The notes beneath the pieces were generated by a model. That model was not told the DNA's origin, did not search any database, and worked only from the letters and a program-made list of their open reading frames with translations. Source: an uncultured Clostridia bacterium (GTDB lineage: Bacteria > Bacillota > Clostridia > Lachnospirales > CAG-274). Taken from it: a DNA stretch of 64,000 nucleotides. The stretch covers positions 6,117 through 70,116 of the forward strand of contig CANQVZ010000005.1 in the NCBI GenBank assembly GCA_947627425.1, in the 5' to 3' direction. This document shows positions 8,710 through 18,955 of the stretch, one piece after another (the stretch's first letter is position 1; each line of letters opens with the position of its first letter). The translations under genes were made by a program, and so were the position numbers.

Positions 8710-9255
8710 ATGTACAAAAAAATAGCCGTTACAAACAGAAAGCTTTGCGCAGACTTATTTTTACAGCTTGAAATTCTGAAACGCTCCGATTATGACTTTG
8801 TTATACTTCGTGAAAAGGATATGAGCGAGGCGGAATATGCTGTCATGGCTGAAAAAGCGCTTAAAATAATGGGCGAAAAGCTTATTCTGCACACATTCAT
8901 ACCCGTCTGCGAAAAGCTTGACTGCAAAAGGATACATCTTCCCCTTGCGCTTTTTGAAAAAAACATAGACGATATAAGCTCTTTTGAGCTTAAGGGCGCT
9001 TCAATACACAGCCTTGACGAGGCAAAGCAGGCGGAACGGCTCGGAGCGGACTATATAACGGCAAGCCATATTTTCGCTACCGACTGCAAGGCGGGACTGG
9101 AGCCGAAGGGGCTTGAATGGCTGAGCGATATATGCTCGTCCGTCGGCATACCCGTATACGCCCTTGGAGGCATAAATGAAAATAACGCCGAAGGCTGTAT
9201 AAAGGCGGGCGCAGACGGCGTTTGTATGATGAGTGGAGCTATGAAATACAAATAA
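8710..9255 (+). CDS. thiE: Thiamine-phosphate synthase family protein (ThiE/TenI-like, short)
   Basis: 181 aa. It has the TIM-barrel ThiE/TenI signature elements VILREKD and VYALGGIN and is the last gene of the thi cluster. ThiE and TenI cannot be distinguished by eye. Confidence 0.7.
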   Translation: MYKKIAVTNRKLCADLFLQLEILKRSDYDFVILREKDMSEAEYAVMAEKALKIMGEKLILHTFIPVCEKLDCKRIHLPLALFEKNIDDISSFELKGASIHSLDEAKQAERLGADYITASHIFATDCKAGLEPKGLEWLSDICSSVGIPVYALGGINENNAEGCIKAGADGVCMMSGAMKYK

Positions 9256-9260
9256 ACGTT

Positions 9261-9295
9261 AAAAAATCCTGTTTCACGAAGAAACAGGATTTTTT
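9261..9295. terminator. Bidirectional intrinsic terminator
   Basis: AAAAAATCCTGTTTC-acgaa-GAAACAGGATTTTTT. Confidence 0.85.
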
Positions 9296-9428
9296 ATGAA
9301 AAGAATCAATAATTGTTATTGCTCTCCCCCTATGAACATAATAGCATTTTTGCTATAACTTTATAAGTTAAATATTTTACAAAAATTTACTTAGAATTTT
9401 AAGCAATATATATAAACCTAAAGTTGGT

Positions 9429-11126
9429 TTAGCTTGCTTTTTCGTTCTTTTTCCTCTTTTTTCTGTTTTCCTTGCTTATAGTTACTATCTCCTTTGCAAC
9501 GGCGTAAGCCTCGTCCATTGTGTCAAAAAATCTCTCCTTGCCCATTCTCTTTTCACAGCCGAAGTTTTTGAGCACTTCTCTGGGCTGGGGCTGCAGCTCG
9601 GCATAGAGCACAAGTATATGGTGGTTCTTGGCGTAGTCTATCACAAATTTGAGGGAGTCGAGCAGCGTTCCGTCTATTATGGGCACATTTGTCATTCTGA
9701 GTATGAGCACATCGCTTTTTACATTCATTTTTTTCATTGTGTCCACAAAGCGTGTAGATGCGCCAAAGAACATAGGTCCTGCCAGCTCGTACACAAGTAT
9801 TTCGTTGTTTATATACTTGTAGGTGTCGTTTTCCTGAAGCTTTGATACGGTGTTTATATTGAAGCTTTCCGACATCTTCTTCATGAACAGGAACATAGCG
9901 AGCACCATACCCACCTCTATTGCGACCACGAGGTCAAATACCACAGTTAATACAAATGTGAGTATGAGTATTGCAAGGTCGCTTTTTGTAGTCCTTGCTA
10001 TCTCCGCAAATTCCTTGAATTCGCACATATTCCAGCTTACGACTATCAGTATGCCCGCAAGCGTGGGCATGGGTATGAGCTTTGCAAGAGGCAGGGCGAC
10101 AAGCATTATAATAAGCAGAGTTACGGCGTGTACCATACCCGCTATGGGAGTTCTTCCGCCGTTTCTTATGTTTGCCGCTGTTCTGGCTATCGCGCCCGTT
10201 GCGGGGAGACCGCCGAAGAGTGCAGAGCCTATGTTGGCTATACCCTGAGCAATAAGCTCCTGATTGGAATTGTGCTTGTCGCCCGTCATGCCGTCTGCCA
10301 CCACTGCGGAAAGCAGCGATTCTATTCCGGCGAGTATGGCAATAGTGAATGCGGGCTGTATGAGCGCCATTATATCCACTCCCGAAAGGTCGGGCAGATG
10401 AGGCACGGGTATATATGCCTTAAGGTCTGTAAACTTGGAGCCTATGGTATGTACGGAGGTTGCCATGCCGTTTTTCCGGAGTATGTACAGCGCGAGCGTA
10501 GTCGTCACAAGAGCTATGAGCGAGCCGGGTATTTTTTTGTTTATCTTGCCCCAAACAACGCTTATGACTATGCTTGCAATGCCTATTGCCGCAGCGGCGA
10601 TATTTATTTTGTCTATGTTTTGTATGTAGGCTATCCATTTGGGTATAAATTCGGAGCTTATACCCTCTATATCCATTCCCAGGAAGTCATTCAGCTGCGT
10701 TGAAAACAGCGTTACGGCGATACCCGTTGTGAAGCCCACCGTTATGGGGAAGGGTATGAATTTTATGACATCTCCCAGCTTCAATATGCCGAAGGCAACA
10801 AGGAATATGCCTGCCATAATTGTGGCTATTATAAGTCCGTCAATGCCGTATTGCTCTATTATGCCGCATATTATCACAACGAATGCCGCCGTAGGTCCGC
10901 CTATCTGTACACGGCTGCCGCCTAGGAAGGATATTATAAAGCCTGCGACTATTGCGGTTATAAGACCTATTTCGGGTCCCACTCCCGAGGATATGGCAAG
11001 AGCGATGGATAAGGGCAGGGCAACGATTGCCACTATAACGCCCGAAATTATGTCGTTTACAAGATTTTTCCCCTTGAGCTCCTGCGGGCTCTTTTTAATG
11101 ATCTCAAATAATTTTGGAATAAACAC
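9429..11126 (-). CDS. SulP family inorganic anion transporter with C-terminal STAS domain
   Basis: 565 aa. It is polytopic, with the SulP signature region GGLPATGAIARTAANIRNGGRTP and a STAS-like C-terminus. Confidence 0.88.
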   Translation of the reverse strand: MFIPKLFEIIKKSPQELKGKNLVNDIISGVIVAIVALPLSIALAISSGVGPEIGLITAIVAGFIISFLGGSRVQIGGPTAAFVVIICGIIEQYGIDGLIIATIMAGIFLVAFGILKLGDVIKFIPFPITVGFTTGIAVTLFSTQLNDFLGMDIEGISSEFIPKWIAYIQNIDKINIAAAAIGIASIVISVVWGKINKKIPGSLIALVTTTLALYILRKNGMATSVHTIGSKFTDLKAYIPVPHLPDLSGVDIMALIQPAFTIAILAGIESLLSAVVADGMTGDKHNSNQELIAQGIANIGSALFGGLPATGAIARTAANIRNGGRTPIAGMVHAVTLLIIMLVALPLAKLIPMPTLAGILIVVSWNMCEFKEFAEIARTTKSDLAILILTFVLTVVFDLVVAIEVGMVLAMFLFMKKMSESFNINTVSKLQENDTYKYINNEILVYELAGPMFFGASTRFVDTMKKMNVKSDVLILRMTNVPIIDGTLLDSLKFVIDYAKNHHILVLYAELQPQPREVLKNFGCEKRMGKERFFDTMDEAYAVAKEIVTISKENRKKRKKNEKAS

Positions 11127-11461
11127 TTTCTCTTTTCCTTTCCGTTTTATTTTGTATTTTTAATTCTAATTTAATTGTAGAGCTTTTAAGCCCAATAGTC
11201 AAGAGTATAAATTATAAATCGATATTTGAGATGAAAGTGTTTGTTCAGAAATATTCCAAATTCACAATAGATATATAAAACATAGAGCTTGAATCGCTTG
11301 CATATTGTAGTGCTCATCCCCCTATTCGTTTTCCGTCATAAATACTTAATATTCATTTACATTGCAAAAAGCTGTAAAATGTTGTATCATATATTTTAGG
11401 AAATTGTGTACGCTGTGCGAAGGCGCAGCGAAATTATAATTTTTGTACCGGAGGGATCGAA

Positions 11462-12493
11462 TTGATAGAAGTAAAAAATCTGACTAAGAAATTCGGAACG
11501 CATACGGCTGTGGACAACATATCCTTTGTTGTGAACGACGGCGAGATAGTGGGCTTTTTGGGACCTAACGGCGCGGGAAAGACCACAACAATGAATATGA
11601 TGACGGGCTTTATATCCTCCACGGAGGGTACCGTGAGGATAAACGGCTTCGATATACTTGAAGAACCCGTGAAGGCAAAAAAACAGCTCGGCTATCTGCC
11701 CGATGTTCCGCCCGTTTACGGCGACATGACGGTGGAGGAATATCTCCGCTTTGTGTGCGACTTAAAGGGCGTTAAAAAAGGCGACAGGGATTTTATGGTA
11801 AAGGATGTTACAAGCACCACGGGCATAAAGGATGTGTACAAGCGTCTTATAAAAAATCTCTCCAAGGGCTACAGGCAGAGAGTGGGACTTGCTCAGGCGC
11901 TCATAGGCGATCCCGATGTGCTTATACTCGACGAGCCAACATCCGGACTTGATCCTAAGCAGATAATAGAAATGCGCGAGCTTATCAAAAAGCTCGGCAA
12001 AAAGCACACCGTCATATTAAGCTCGCATATATTGAGCGAGGTGAGCGAGGTCTGCGACAAGATACTCATAATAAACAAGGGAAAATTGGTCGCCGTCGGC
12101 GGCACGGAGGAGCTCATGCATAAGGCGGACGGCAACGCCCAGCTGGTGACCGTAAAGGGCGACGCCTACAAAGCCGTTGAAAAGCTGAGAGAATGGAGTG
12201 CTGTTGAAGATGTGAGCATAGAAAACGACAACGGCGACGGCACATTCGACCTGAAGGTATACGGCAAAGAGGGCGCCGACATAAGAGAGATAATATTCGC
12301 GTCAATGGCAGAGGAATATATACCCGTGCTCATGCTCAAGCCCCTTTCAAGCGGACTTGAAGAAGTGTTCATGAACATAATAAACGGCTCTATGGACAAC
12401 AGCGAGGTAGAAAAGGAGCAGATTTCAATAGCCTTTGCGCAGGGCGGCGCGGAGAATGACGACGAAAACGGCAGCGAGGAGGCGCAGGAATAA
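11462..12493 (+). CDS. ABC transporter ATP-binding protein (GldA-like, ABC-2 type)
   Basis: Walker A GPNGAGKTT, signature LSKGYRQR, Walker B ILDEP. TTG start with a GGAGGG RBS. Confidence 0.9.
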   Translation: MIEVKNLTKKFGTHTAVDNISFVVNDGEIVGFLGPNGAGKTTTMNMMTGFISSTEGTVRINGFDILEEPVKAKKQLGYLPDVPPVYGDMTVEEYLRFVCDLKGVKKGDRDFMVKDVTSTTGIKDVYKRLIKNLSKGYRQRVGLAQALIGDPDVLILDEPTSGLDPKQIIEMRELIKKLGKKHTVILSSHILSEVSEVCDKILIINKGKLVAVGGTEELMHKADGNAQLVTVKGDAYKAVEKLREWSAVEDVSIENDNGDGTFDLKVYGKEGADIREIIFASMAEEYIPVLMLKPLSSGLEEVFMNIINGSMDNSEVEKEQISIAFAQGGAENDDENGSEEAQE

Positions 12494-13356
12494 TGCTTTC
12501 CATATTCAAAAAGGAAATAAGAACATATTTTACGACCGTTACGGGCTTCGGCTTTCTCGGCTTTATGGTGCTTATAACGGGTTATTTCTTTGTATCGCAG
12601 AACATTGTGGCGGCAAATCCAAGCTATAACGACAGCCTGGCAGGCTCCATGATAATGTTCCTCATACTCATACCCATACTTACAATGCGTCTTTTTGCGG
12701 ACGAAACAAGGCAGAAAACGGATCAGCTCCTGTTTTCGGCGCCCATAAAGGTAACGGACATTGTGGCGGGCAAGTTTTTGGCAGCCGTGGCGCTTTATCT
12801 CATAGGACTTGCAATAACGCTTGTTTTCCCCGTAATTCTTTCGCGCTACTGCGATATGGACTGGGGACTTACGGCGGTGGGACTTCTGGGATATTTTCTT
12901 ATGGGCGCCTGCCTCATAAGCGTAGGACTTTTTATATCCGTGCTCACGGACAATCAGATAGTGGCTGCCGCAGCGACATTCGCAGTGGTTTTTCTCCTGC
13001 TCATGATGGACAACATAGCGTCCTCGGCGCCAATAAACACCGTGTCGTCGCTTGTTTTTGCGGGAGCGCTTATAGCCGTCATAGCCATAGTGGTATACAA
13101 CAGCACCAAAAACATTGCCGCAGCAGGCATATTTGCCCTTCTCGGCTTTGTCATAACGGGAGTGCTTTATCTTTTCAAGCCTCTTATTTTCGACGGATTT
13201 ATAATAAAAGTGCTCGGATGGTTTTCCGTGCTCAACCGCTTTGAAAACTTCTATATGGGCGTTGTGTCCATATCCGACCTTGTGTATTATATCACCTTTT
13301 CCGTTGCATTTCTGTACCTTACAACAAATGTGATAGAAAAGAGAAGATGGAGCTAG
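12493..13356 (+). CDS. ABC-2 type transporter permease (GldF-like)
   Basis: 287-aa polytopic protein. Its start overlaps the stop of the ATPase gene. Confidence 0.8.
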   Translation: MLSIFKKEIRTYFTTVTGFGFLGFMVLITGYFFVSQNIVAANPSYNDSLAGSMIMFLILIPILTMRLFADETRQKTDQLLFSAPIKVTDIVAGKFLAAVALYLIGLAITLVFPVILSRYCDMDWGLTAVGLLGYFLMGACLISVGLFISVLTDNQIVAAAATFAVVFLLLMMDNIASSAPINTVSSLVFAGALIAVIAIVVYNSTKNIAAAGIFALLGFVITGVLYLFKPLIFDGFIIKVLGWFSVLNRFENFYMGVVSISDLVYYITFSVAFLYLTTNVIEKRRWS

Positions 13357-13368
13357 GAGGTCATATGA

Positions 13369-14775
13369 ATGAATAAACTTTTTAACGACAAAAGACTGAA
13401 ATACGGCGCTTATTCCGTTGTGGTAACTATAATATTCATAGCCATATTGATCGTTGTTAACCTCATTATAGGTCAGTTCAACAGGACATTCGACTTTACG
13501 GAGGAGGAAATATTCTCCCTCTCCGATGAAACAAAGTCGGTTCTCGACAATATTAATACGGACATAAATATATACACTCTTTTTCCCGCCAACAACACGG
13601 AAGCGGTGATTGGCAGAGTAAAGCAGATAATTGACCAATATACGCAGAACTGCAGCCACATAAAGACAGAAAACAGGGATCTTTATCTCCACCCCGATTT
13701 CGGCAAGCGCTACGCCTCCGAAAATGTCAGTGTGGACATAAACGGCATCATAGTGGAATGCGGAGATAAATTCAGAGTGATAAGCTACAGCGATTACTAT
13801 GATGAAAACGGCGTGCTGAGCCTCGAATCGGCTCTTACAAGCGCCCTGCAATATGTCAACATGGAGGTGTCGCCCACGGTGTATTTCATAAGCGGCCACG
13901 GCGAGCCCGACAGCTCCGCCTTCACCTCCCTTAACGACCAGCTCATGCTTGCAAACTACAATGTAAAGACGCTTGATCTCATAAAGAATGATATACCCGA
14001 GGATTGCACGGTGCTTTTCATAACGCCCGTAGACAGGGATTATTCGCAGGCGGAGAGAGAAAAGATAATGAATTATCTCAACAACGACGGCAGAGCCTTC
14101 CTTCTCCTCGGCGGAATAGATAAAGAAAAATGCCCCAACATTATGAGCATTGCGGCAGCCTACGGTCTTACGCTTGAGGACGGCTATGTATACGAGGGCG
14201 ACGAGTCGGCATATATGATGTATCCCTACGCCATACTCCCCTCTCTTTCGGAGCACAGCATAAACACGGGACTTACGGAAAAGAACTATCACACGCTTGC
14301 GGTAGCGTCGCAGAGCGTTGTCAAAACCGATATGCAGAAGCAGGGTCTTGTGACGGAGCCTCTGCTTTCGTCAAGCGTGGGAGCATATATAAAGGCTGAG
14401 GGCAACACCTCCGCAAACAAAGAGCCGGGCGACAAGACGGGACCCTTCGATATAACCGTGGCTGTTACCGACTCGACTTATACCGACAAGGAACACAGCA
14501 CAAAGCTCATAGTTTCGGGATGCAGCTACTATCTTATTGAGCCAAACATGGACGAAATGGTAAATAACGCCAACTCCACATTTGTTGTGAACGCCCTCAA
14601 CTGGCTCAACGACAACACAAAGAGCATTTACATCGCCCCCAAGCAGCTGAGCGGTTCGGCAGTTGTGACGGACGCGCGCTCGGTGACAAGGATAAAGATA
14701 ATAAGCTGGCTTGTCATACCCGGCATACTTTTCGGTCTGGGCTTCATTGTCTGGATAACAAGGAGAAATAAATAA
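13369..14775 (+). CDS. GldG-like ABC transporter auxiliary protein
   Basis: 468 aa with N- and C-terminal TM anchors around a large extracytoplasmic domain. The ATPase/permease/GldG gene order is the typical one. Confidence 0.7.
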   Translation: MNKLFNDKRLKYGAYSVVVTIIFIAILIVVNLIIGQFNRTFDFTEEEIFSLSDETKSVLDNINTDINIYTLFPANNTEAVIGRVKQIIDQYTQNCSHIKTENRDLYLHPDFGKRYASENVSVDINGIIVECGDKFRVISYSDYYDENGVLSLESALTSALQYVNMEVSPTVYFISGHGEPDSSAFTSLNDQLMLANYNVKTLDLIKNDIPEDCTVLFITPVDRDYSQAEREKIMNYLNNDGRAFLLLGGIDKEKCPNIMSIAAAYGLTLEDGYVYEGDESAYMMYPYAILPSLSEHSINTGLTEKNYHTLAVASQSVVKTDMQKQGLVTEPLLSSSVGAYIKAEGNTSANKEPGDKTGPFDITVAVTDSTYTDKEHSTKLIVSGCSYYLIEPNMDEMVNNANSTFVVNALNWLNDNTKSIYIAPKQLSGSAVVTDARSVTRIKIISWLVIPGILFGLGFIVWITRRNK

Positions 14776-16187
14776 TGCGAAACAGGTTATATGCCCTCGT
14801 GGGCGCAGTTATACTTCTGGCAGTGCTTTTAGGCGCTTATATCGTGATATCGGGCAGGAGCGAGGATACTTCAAGCGCCGAAGCACAGAGCCCGCTCACG
14901 GAGGAAATGGGCAATAAAATAGTGGACGGCAAGCCCGCCGAGAGCTTCACGCTCAAAAATGAAAACGGCGAGTTTGAATTTGTAAAAAAAGGCGACGAGT
15001 GGAGCATAAAGGGCTATGACAGCAGCTTCAGCGCTCCAGCCATATCGGAGATAGCGTCTGTTTTCACGGGTCTATATTCGGAGCGCGTTATAGAGGGCGA
15101 GGAGCTTTCAAAGTACGGTCTTGACAAGCCCGCCGCTTCGGCATCGGACGGAAATGTGGTCATAAATGCGGGCACGATCTCATCCGACGGCAAATATTAC
15201 TATGTGTCGCTTGACGGCGGAACGGATGTATACATGGTGAACAGCTCTGCCGTACAGCCCCTTTTTTACGGTCTTAACGACCTGATAGACAAATCCGTGC
15301 AGAAAATAGATACCGACTCCATACAGGAGCTTTCAATCGACTTTGCGGACGACGACGGCAAGAACAGGAATATATACATAGCCTATGACAAGGACGATCC
15401 CCTCGCAAGAGAATATGCCGAGAAAAACGGACTTGCGGCTCTCGTTATGCAAAAGCCTATAAAAAATATGCTTGTCTATCCCTACAATTTGCAGTCAAGC
15501 GTTCTGAGAAACGCATCCTCCCTCAATATAAAGGAGCTTGTGGACATAGCGCCCGACGATCTCGGCAAATACGGACTTGACAAGCCTAAATTCACGCTTT
15601 ATATGGCAGACAGAGAAAACAGCATAACAATAGCGGCGGGCAATACATTTACAACCGAAAACGGCGAATACGCTTATGTCCTCGTGAACGGCAGGAAAGA
15701 AGTGTTCACTATGGACCAAAAGGCGCTTGAGCCCTTTGAGAATGCCAGGATTGCCGACTTTGCCGAAAAATTCATATCCATTTATCAGCGCTCAAAGGTA
15801 AAGGAAATAGATATCGAGGGCGCACAAAGCTACAAGATAGAATTCAAAGCCGAGGGCGAAAACGACTTCCGCACGGAGGACGGCGCCACAAGGGACTACA
15901 GGAACACATACATAAACGGCAAGCTCATAGAAAAGGATGTATTTACGGACTTTTACGAGCTTATAGTGGGCATAGGCTTCGACGACATAGCTTACGGCAA
16001 AAAGCCCGAAGGCAAGCCCGAGCTTACAATAACCTTCAAGCTAACGGACGGCAGCAGCGACAAAGCCGAATATTACAGATATAACGACAGCTTCTACGCC
16101 GTTACAAAGGGCGAAGACACCGTTATGTATGTGGCGGAGCAGACTGTAAGGCGCGTGCTTAACACTGCCGCAAAACTTACAAAATAA
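14775..16187 (+). CDS. DUF4340 domain-containing protein
   Basis: 470 aa with an N-terminal TM helix. It holds the conserved fourth position after GldG-like genes. The family assignment is from memory of this gene order. Confidence 0.6.
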   Translation: MRNRLYALVGAVILLAVLLGAYIVISGRSEDTSSAEAQSPLTEEMGNKIVDGKPAESFTLKNENGEFEFVKKGDEWSIKGYDSSFSAPAISEIASVFTGLYSERVIEGEELSKYGLDKPAASASDGNVVINAGTISSDGKYYYVSLDGGTDVYMVNSSAVQPLFYGLNDLIDKSVQKIDTDSIQELSIDFADDDGKNRNIYIAYDKDDPLAREYAEKNGLAALVMQKPIKNMLVYPYNLQSSVLRNASSLNIKELVDIAPDDLGKYGLDKPKFTLYMADRENSITIAAGNTFTTENGEYAYVLVNGRKEVFTMDQKALEPFENARIADFAEKFISIYQRSKVKEIDIEGAQSYKIEFKAEGENDFRTEDGATRDYRNTYINGKLIEKDVFTDFYELIVGIGFDDIAYGKKPEGKPELTITFKLTDGSSDKAEYYRYNDSFYAVTKGEDTVMYVAEQTVRRVLNTAAKLTK

Positions 16188-16280
16188 TATTTGTTAATAG
16201 ATTGACTTTTTTCCAAATATATACTAAAATTAAATTAAATGAAACATCATTAACAAAAAGAAATGAAAGGGCGTGTAAAA

Positions 16281-17150
16281 ATGAATTACTATCAGAGTGC
16301 AACAAAGAGAAAATCCACAAGGCAGTTCAAGGACAAGGAAGTCTCCGCTTCTGTAATAAGCGAAATCAAGGAGTATTTCGGCAAGTGCAAGAGGCTGGTG
16401 CCCGATATCAATGTTGAAATGAGCGTGCTCGATATGAAGTCGGCTCCCGTGCTCACGGGCTGCGCAGGCTATGAGGACTATCTTATAGAGGCTCCTCAGT
16501 ACATACTCATTACATCCGAAAAGAGCGAATACTATCTTGAAAATGCGGGCTTTATAGGCGAAGACCTTATCCTTAAGCTTACCGACATGGGCATTGCTAC
16601 CTGCTGGGTAACCATAAGTGATGAAGCCAAGATGAAGGAAAGGCTCAGGATAGCCTCGGATATGGTGCCCGCAGGCTTTATAGCTATAGGCTATGAGGAC
16701 TCTGTTAAATCCATAAAGCGTCTTGACATAGTAAATCAGTCAAATGTAACATTGAAGAAGCGTTCAAGCTACGAGGCTCCCAAGCTTTTCATAGACGACG
16801 CCATTATAGCCGAGGATATGGGCATAAAGGGCGAGCCTTCAACTCTCGACCACTACACAGACCTCTATCAGGCTCTCGTGGCAGCCTGCTGTTCGCCTTC
16901 ATTTCTCAACAGACAGCCCTACCGCTTCATTATAAACGACGGTCTGTTCATGCTTGTGGAATTCAAGGACGATGAAACGGATGAGAACGACGCTCACCTC
17001 AATTTGGGTATACTTATGCTCAACTTCTACGGCGTGCTTTCCGAAAGAAGCGGCGTTTACGGCAAGTGGAGCCTTGATGTACCCGAAAGTGAAAAGGCAA
17101 AGGTTACCGTACCCGAGGGCGGAAAAATCGTTGCGGGCATAAAGATCTGA
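16281..17150 (+). CDS. Nitroreductase family protein
   Basis: The N-terminus MNYYQSATKRKSTRQF is typical of nitroreductases. The track ORF starts 6 codons earlier. Confidence 0.7.
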   Translation: MNYYQSATKRKSTRQFKDKEVSASVISEIKEYFGKCKRLVPDINVEMSVLDMKSAPVLTGCAGYEDYLIEAPQYILITSEKSEYYLENAGFIGEDLILKLTDMGIATCWVTISDEAKMKERLRIASDMVPAGFIAIGYEDSVKSIKRLDIVNQSNVTLKKRSSYEAPKLFIDDAIIAEDMGIKGEPSTLDHYTDLYQALVAACCSPSFLNRQPYRFIINDGLFMLVEFKDDETDENDAHLNLGILMLNFYGVLSERSGVYGKWSLDVPESEKAKVTVPEGGKIVAGIKI

Positions 17151-17288
17151 TATAAATAACTGCATAAAGGGATTCAGTTGCTCTGAGTCCCTTTTTATTT
17201 ATAATTATCGCTATTTTCACTTGACAAAAAAGGGAATATGTGGTTTAATCATAGTAAAACAGTATGAATTTATGCTTTGGAGTAAAAT

Positions 17289-18275
17289 ATGTCTTTAGTA
17301 AGGATAAATAATTTAAGCAAGACCTTCCACACGGCAAACGGCGATGTTAATGCGCTGAGGAACATAAATCTGAATATCGAAGAGGGCGATATATTCGGCA
17401 TTATAGGTCTTAGCGGCGCGGGCAAGTCCACGCTGGTAAGATGTATAAACTTTCTGGAGATACCCACGGACGGCACAGTTTATTTTGAGGATAAAGACCT
17501 CAAGGAGCTGAGCCACAAGGAGCTTCTCAGGGCAAGGCAGTCCATGGGCATGATATTCCAAGGGTTCAACCTACTGGAGCAGAGGACGGCTATCAAAAAC
17601 ATATGCTTTCCTCTTGAAATCGCGGGAGTGTCTAAGGCTGACGCCGAAAAAAGAGCAAGGGAGCTGCTTGAAATAGTGGGCTTAAGCGACAGGGAAAAGT
17701 CCTATCCCTCGCAGCTTTCGGGCGGTCAGAAGCAGAGAGTTGCCATTGCAAGAGCCTTGGCGACCAATCCAAAGGTGCTGCTCTGTGATGAGGCGACATC
17801 GGCGCTTGATCCCAACACAACGCGCTCCATACTTGCGCTTTTGAAGGAAATAAACGAAAAAATGGGTGTGACCGTAATAATAATCACTCATGAAATGAGC
17901 GTTATAGAGCAGATATGCAACAGGGTCGCAGTCATAGACAAAAGCCGCATAGTGGAGGAAGGCTCGGTAAGAGAGATATTTGCAAATCCGCAGTCGGATA
18001 TGGCAAGACAGCTCATACTGCCTAAGGGAGCCATAAAGTCCATTGACGACTTTGTTACTATAAGGCTTGTTTTTGACGGTCTTTCGTCATATCAACCGGT
18101 TATAGCAAATCTCGTTATGGAGTGCAATGTGCCGGTGAACATAATGTATGCAAACACAAAGGATGTCAACGGCACTGCGGCGGGAGAAATGATAATACAA
18201 ATCCCCGAGAGCTCCCTTGACAAGGTACGCGGATATCTTAAAAGGACAGGCATAAAATATAAGGAGGAGATGTAA
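17289..18275 (+). CDS. metN: Methionine ABC transporter ATP-binding protein
   Basis: Walker A GLSGAGKST, signature LSGGQKQR, and a C-terminal NIL domain. Confidence 0.9.
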   Translation: MSLVRINNLSKTFHTANGDVNALRNINLNIEEGDIFGIIGLSGAGKSTLVRCINFLEIPTDGTVYFEDKDLKELSHKELLRARQSMGMIFQGFNLLEQRTAIKNICFPLEIAGVSKADAEKRARELLEIVGLSDREKSYPSQLSGGQKQRVAIARALATNPKVLLCDEATSALDPNTTRSILALLKEINEKMGVTVIIITHEMSVIEQICNRVAVIDKSRIVEEGSVREIFANPQSDMARQLILPKGAIKSIDDFVTIRLVFDGLSSYQPVIANLVMECNVPVNIMYANTKDVNGTAAGEMIIQIPESSLDKVRGYLKRTGIKYKEEM

Positions 18276-18937
18276 TGGATATAAAAATGCTCGCCGATCT
18301 GCTCATAAGGGGCATGGGCGAAACTCTTTATATGACGCTTGGTTCTACATTTCTTGCCTATGTGATAGGTCTGCCCATGGGTATAATACTCAGCGTAACG
18401 GACAAGAACGGCATACGCCCAAACGCCGTTGTAAACACGGTTCTGGGCGTTATAGTCAACATATTGAGGTCTATACCCTTCATAATTCTTCTTGTTGCTA
18501 TCATACCCGTCACAAGATTTATAGTGGGCACCTCAATAGGCTCTACGGCGACCATAGTTCCTCTTGTGGCTGCGGCAGGTCCCTTCGTTGCGCGTATGGT
18601 GGAATCCTCCATAAAGGAGGTAGACCCCGGCGTTATAGAAGCGGCGCAGTCTATGGGCGCATCGAATATGAACATAATATTCAAGGTGCTCATTCCCGAG
18701 GCTAAGCCGTCGCTTATAGTAGGCAGCACAATAGCCGTTACCACAATACTGGGCTATTCCACAATGGCAGGCTTTGTGGGCGGCGGAGGCCTTGGTTCAA
18801 TCGCTATCAACTACGGATATTACAGATATCAGACCGATATTATGATGATAACCGTGGTTATGCTTGTTATCGTTGTACAGCTTTTCCAGGAAATAGGTAT
18901 GAGGATAACAAGAAAAACAGATAAAAGAATAAATTAA
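18275..18937 (+). CDS. metI: Methionine ABC transporter permease
   Basis: 220 aa, polytopic. Its start is coupled to the metN stop. Confidence 0.88.
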   Translation: MDIKMLADLLIRGMGETLYMTLGSTFLAYVIGLPMGIILSVTDKNGIRPNAVVNTVLGVIVNILRSIPFIILLVAIIPVTRFIVGTSIGSTATIVPLVAAAGPFVARMVESSIKEVDPGVIEAAQSMGASNMNIIFKVLIPEAKPSLIVGSTIAVTTILGYSTMAGFVGGGGLGSIAINYGYYRYQTDIMMITVVMLVIVVQLFQEIGMRITRKTDKRIN

Positions 18938-18955
18938 GAAAAGGAGTAATGCAAA

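Noticed and set aside
12166-14292. 708-aa ORF on the minus strand spanning three ABC-system genes
   Set aside because: It lies entirely antisense to three well-supported plus-strand genes with Walker motifs, TM topology and coupled starts. Its translation is low-complexity and rich in Y/H/R/K/C, with no RBS. It is a codon-bias shadow ORF.
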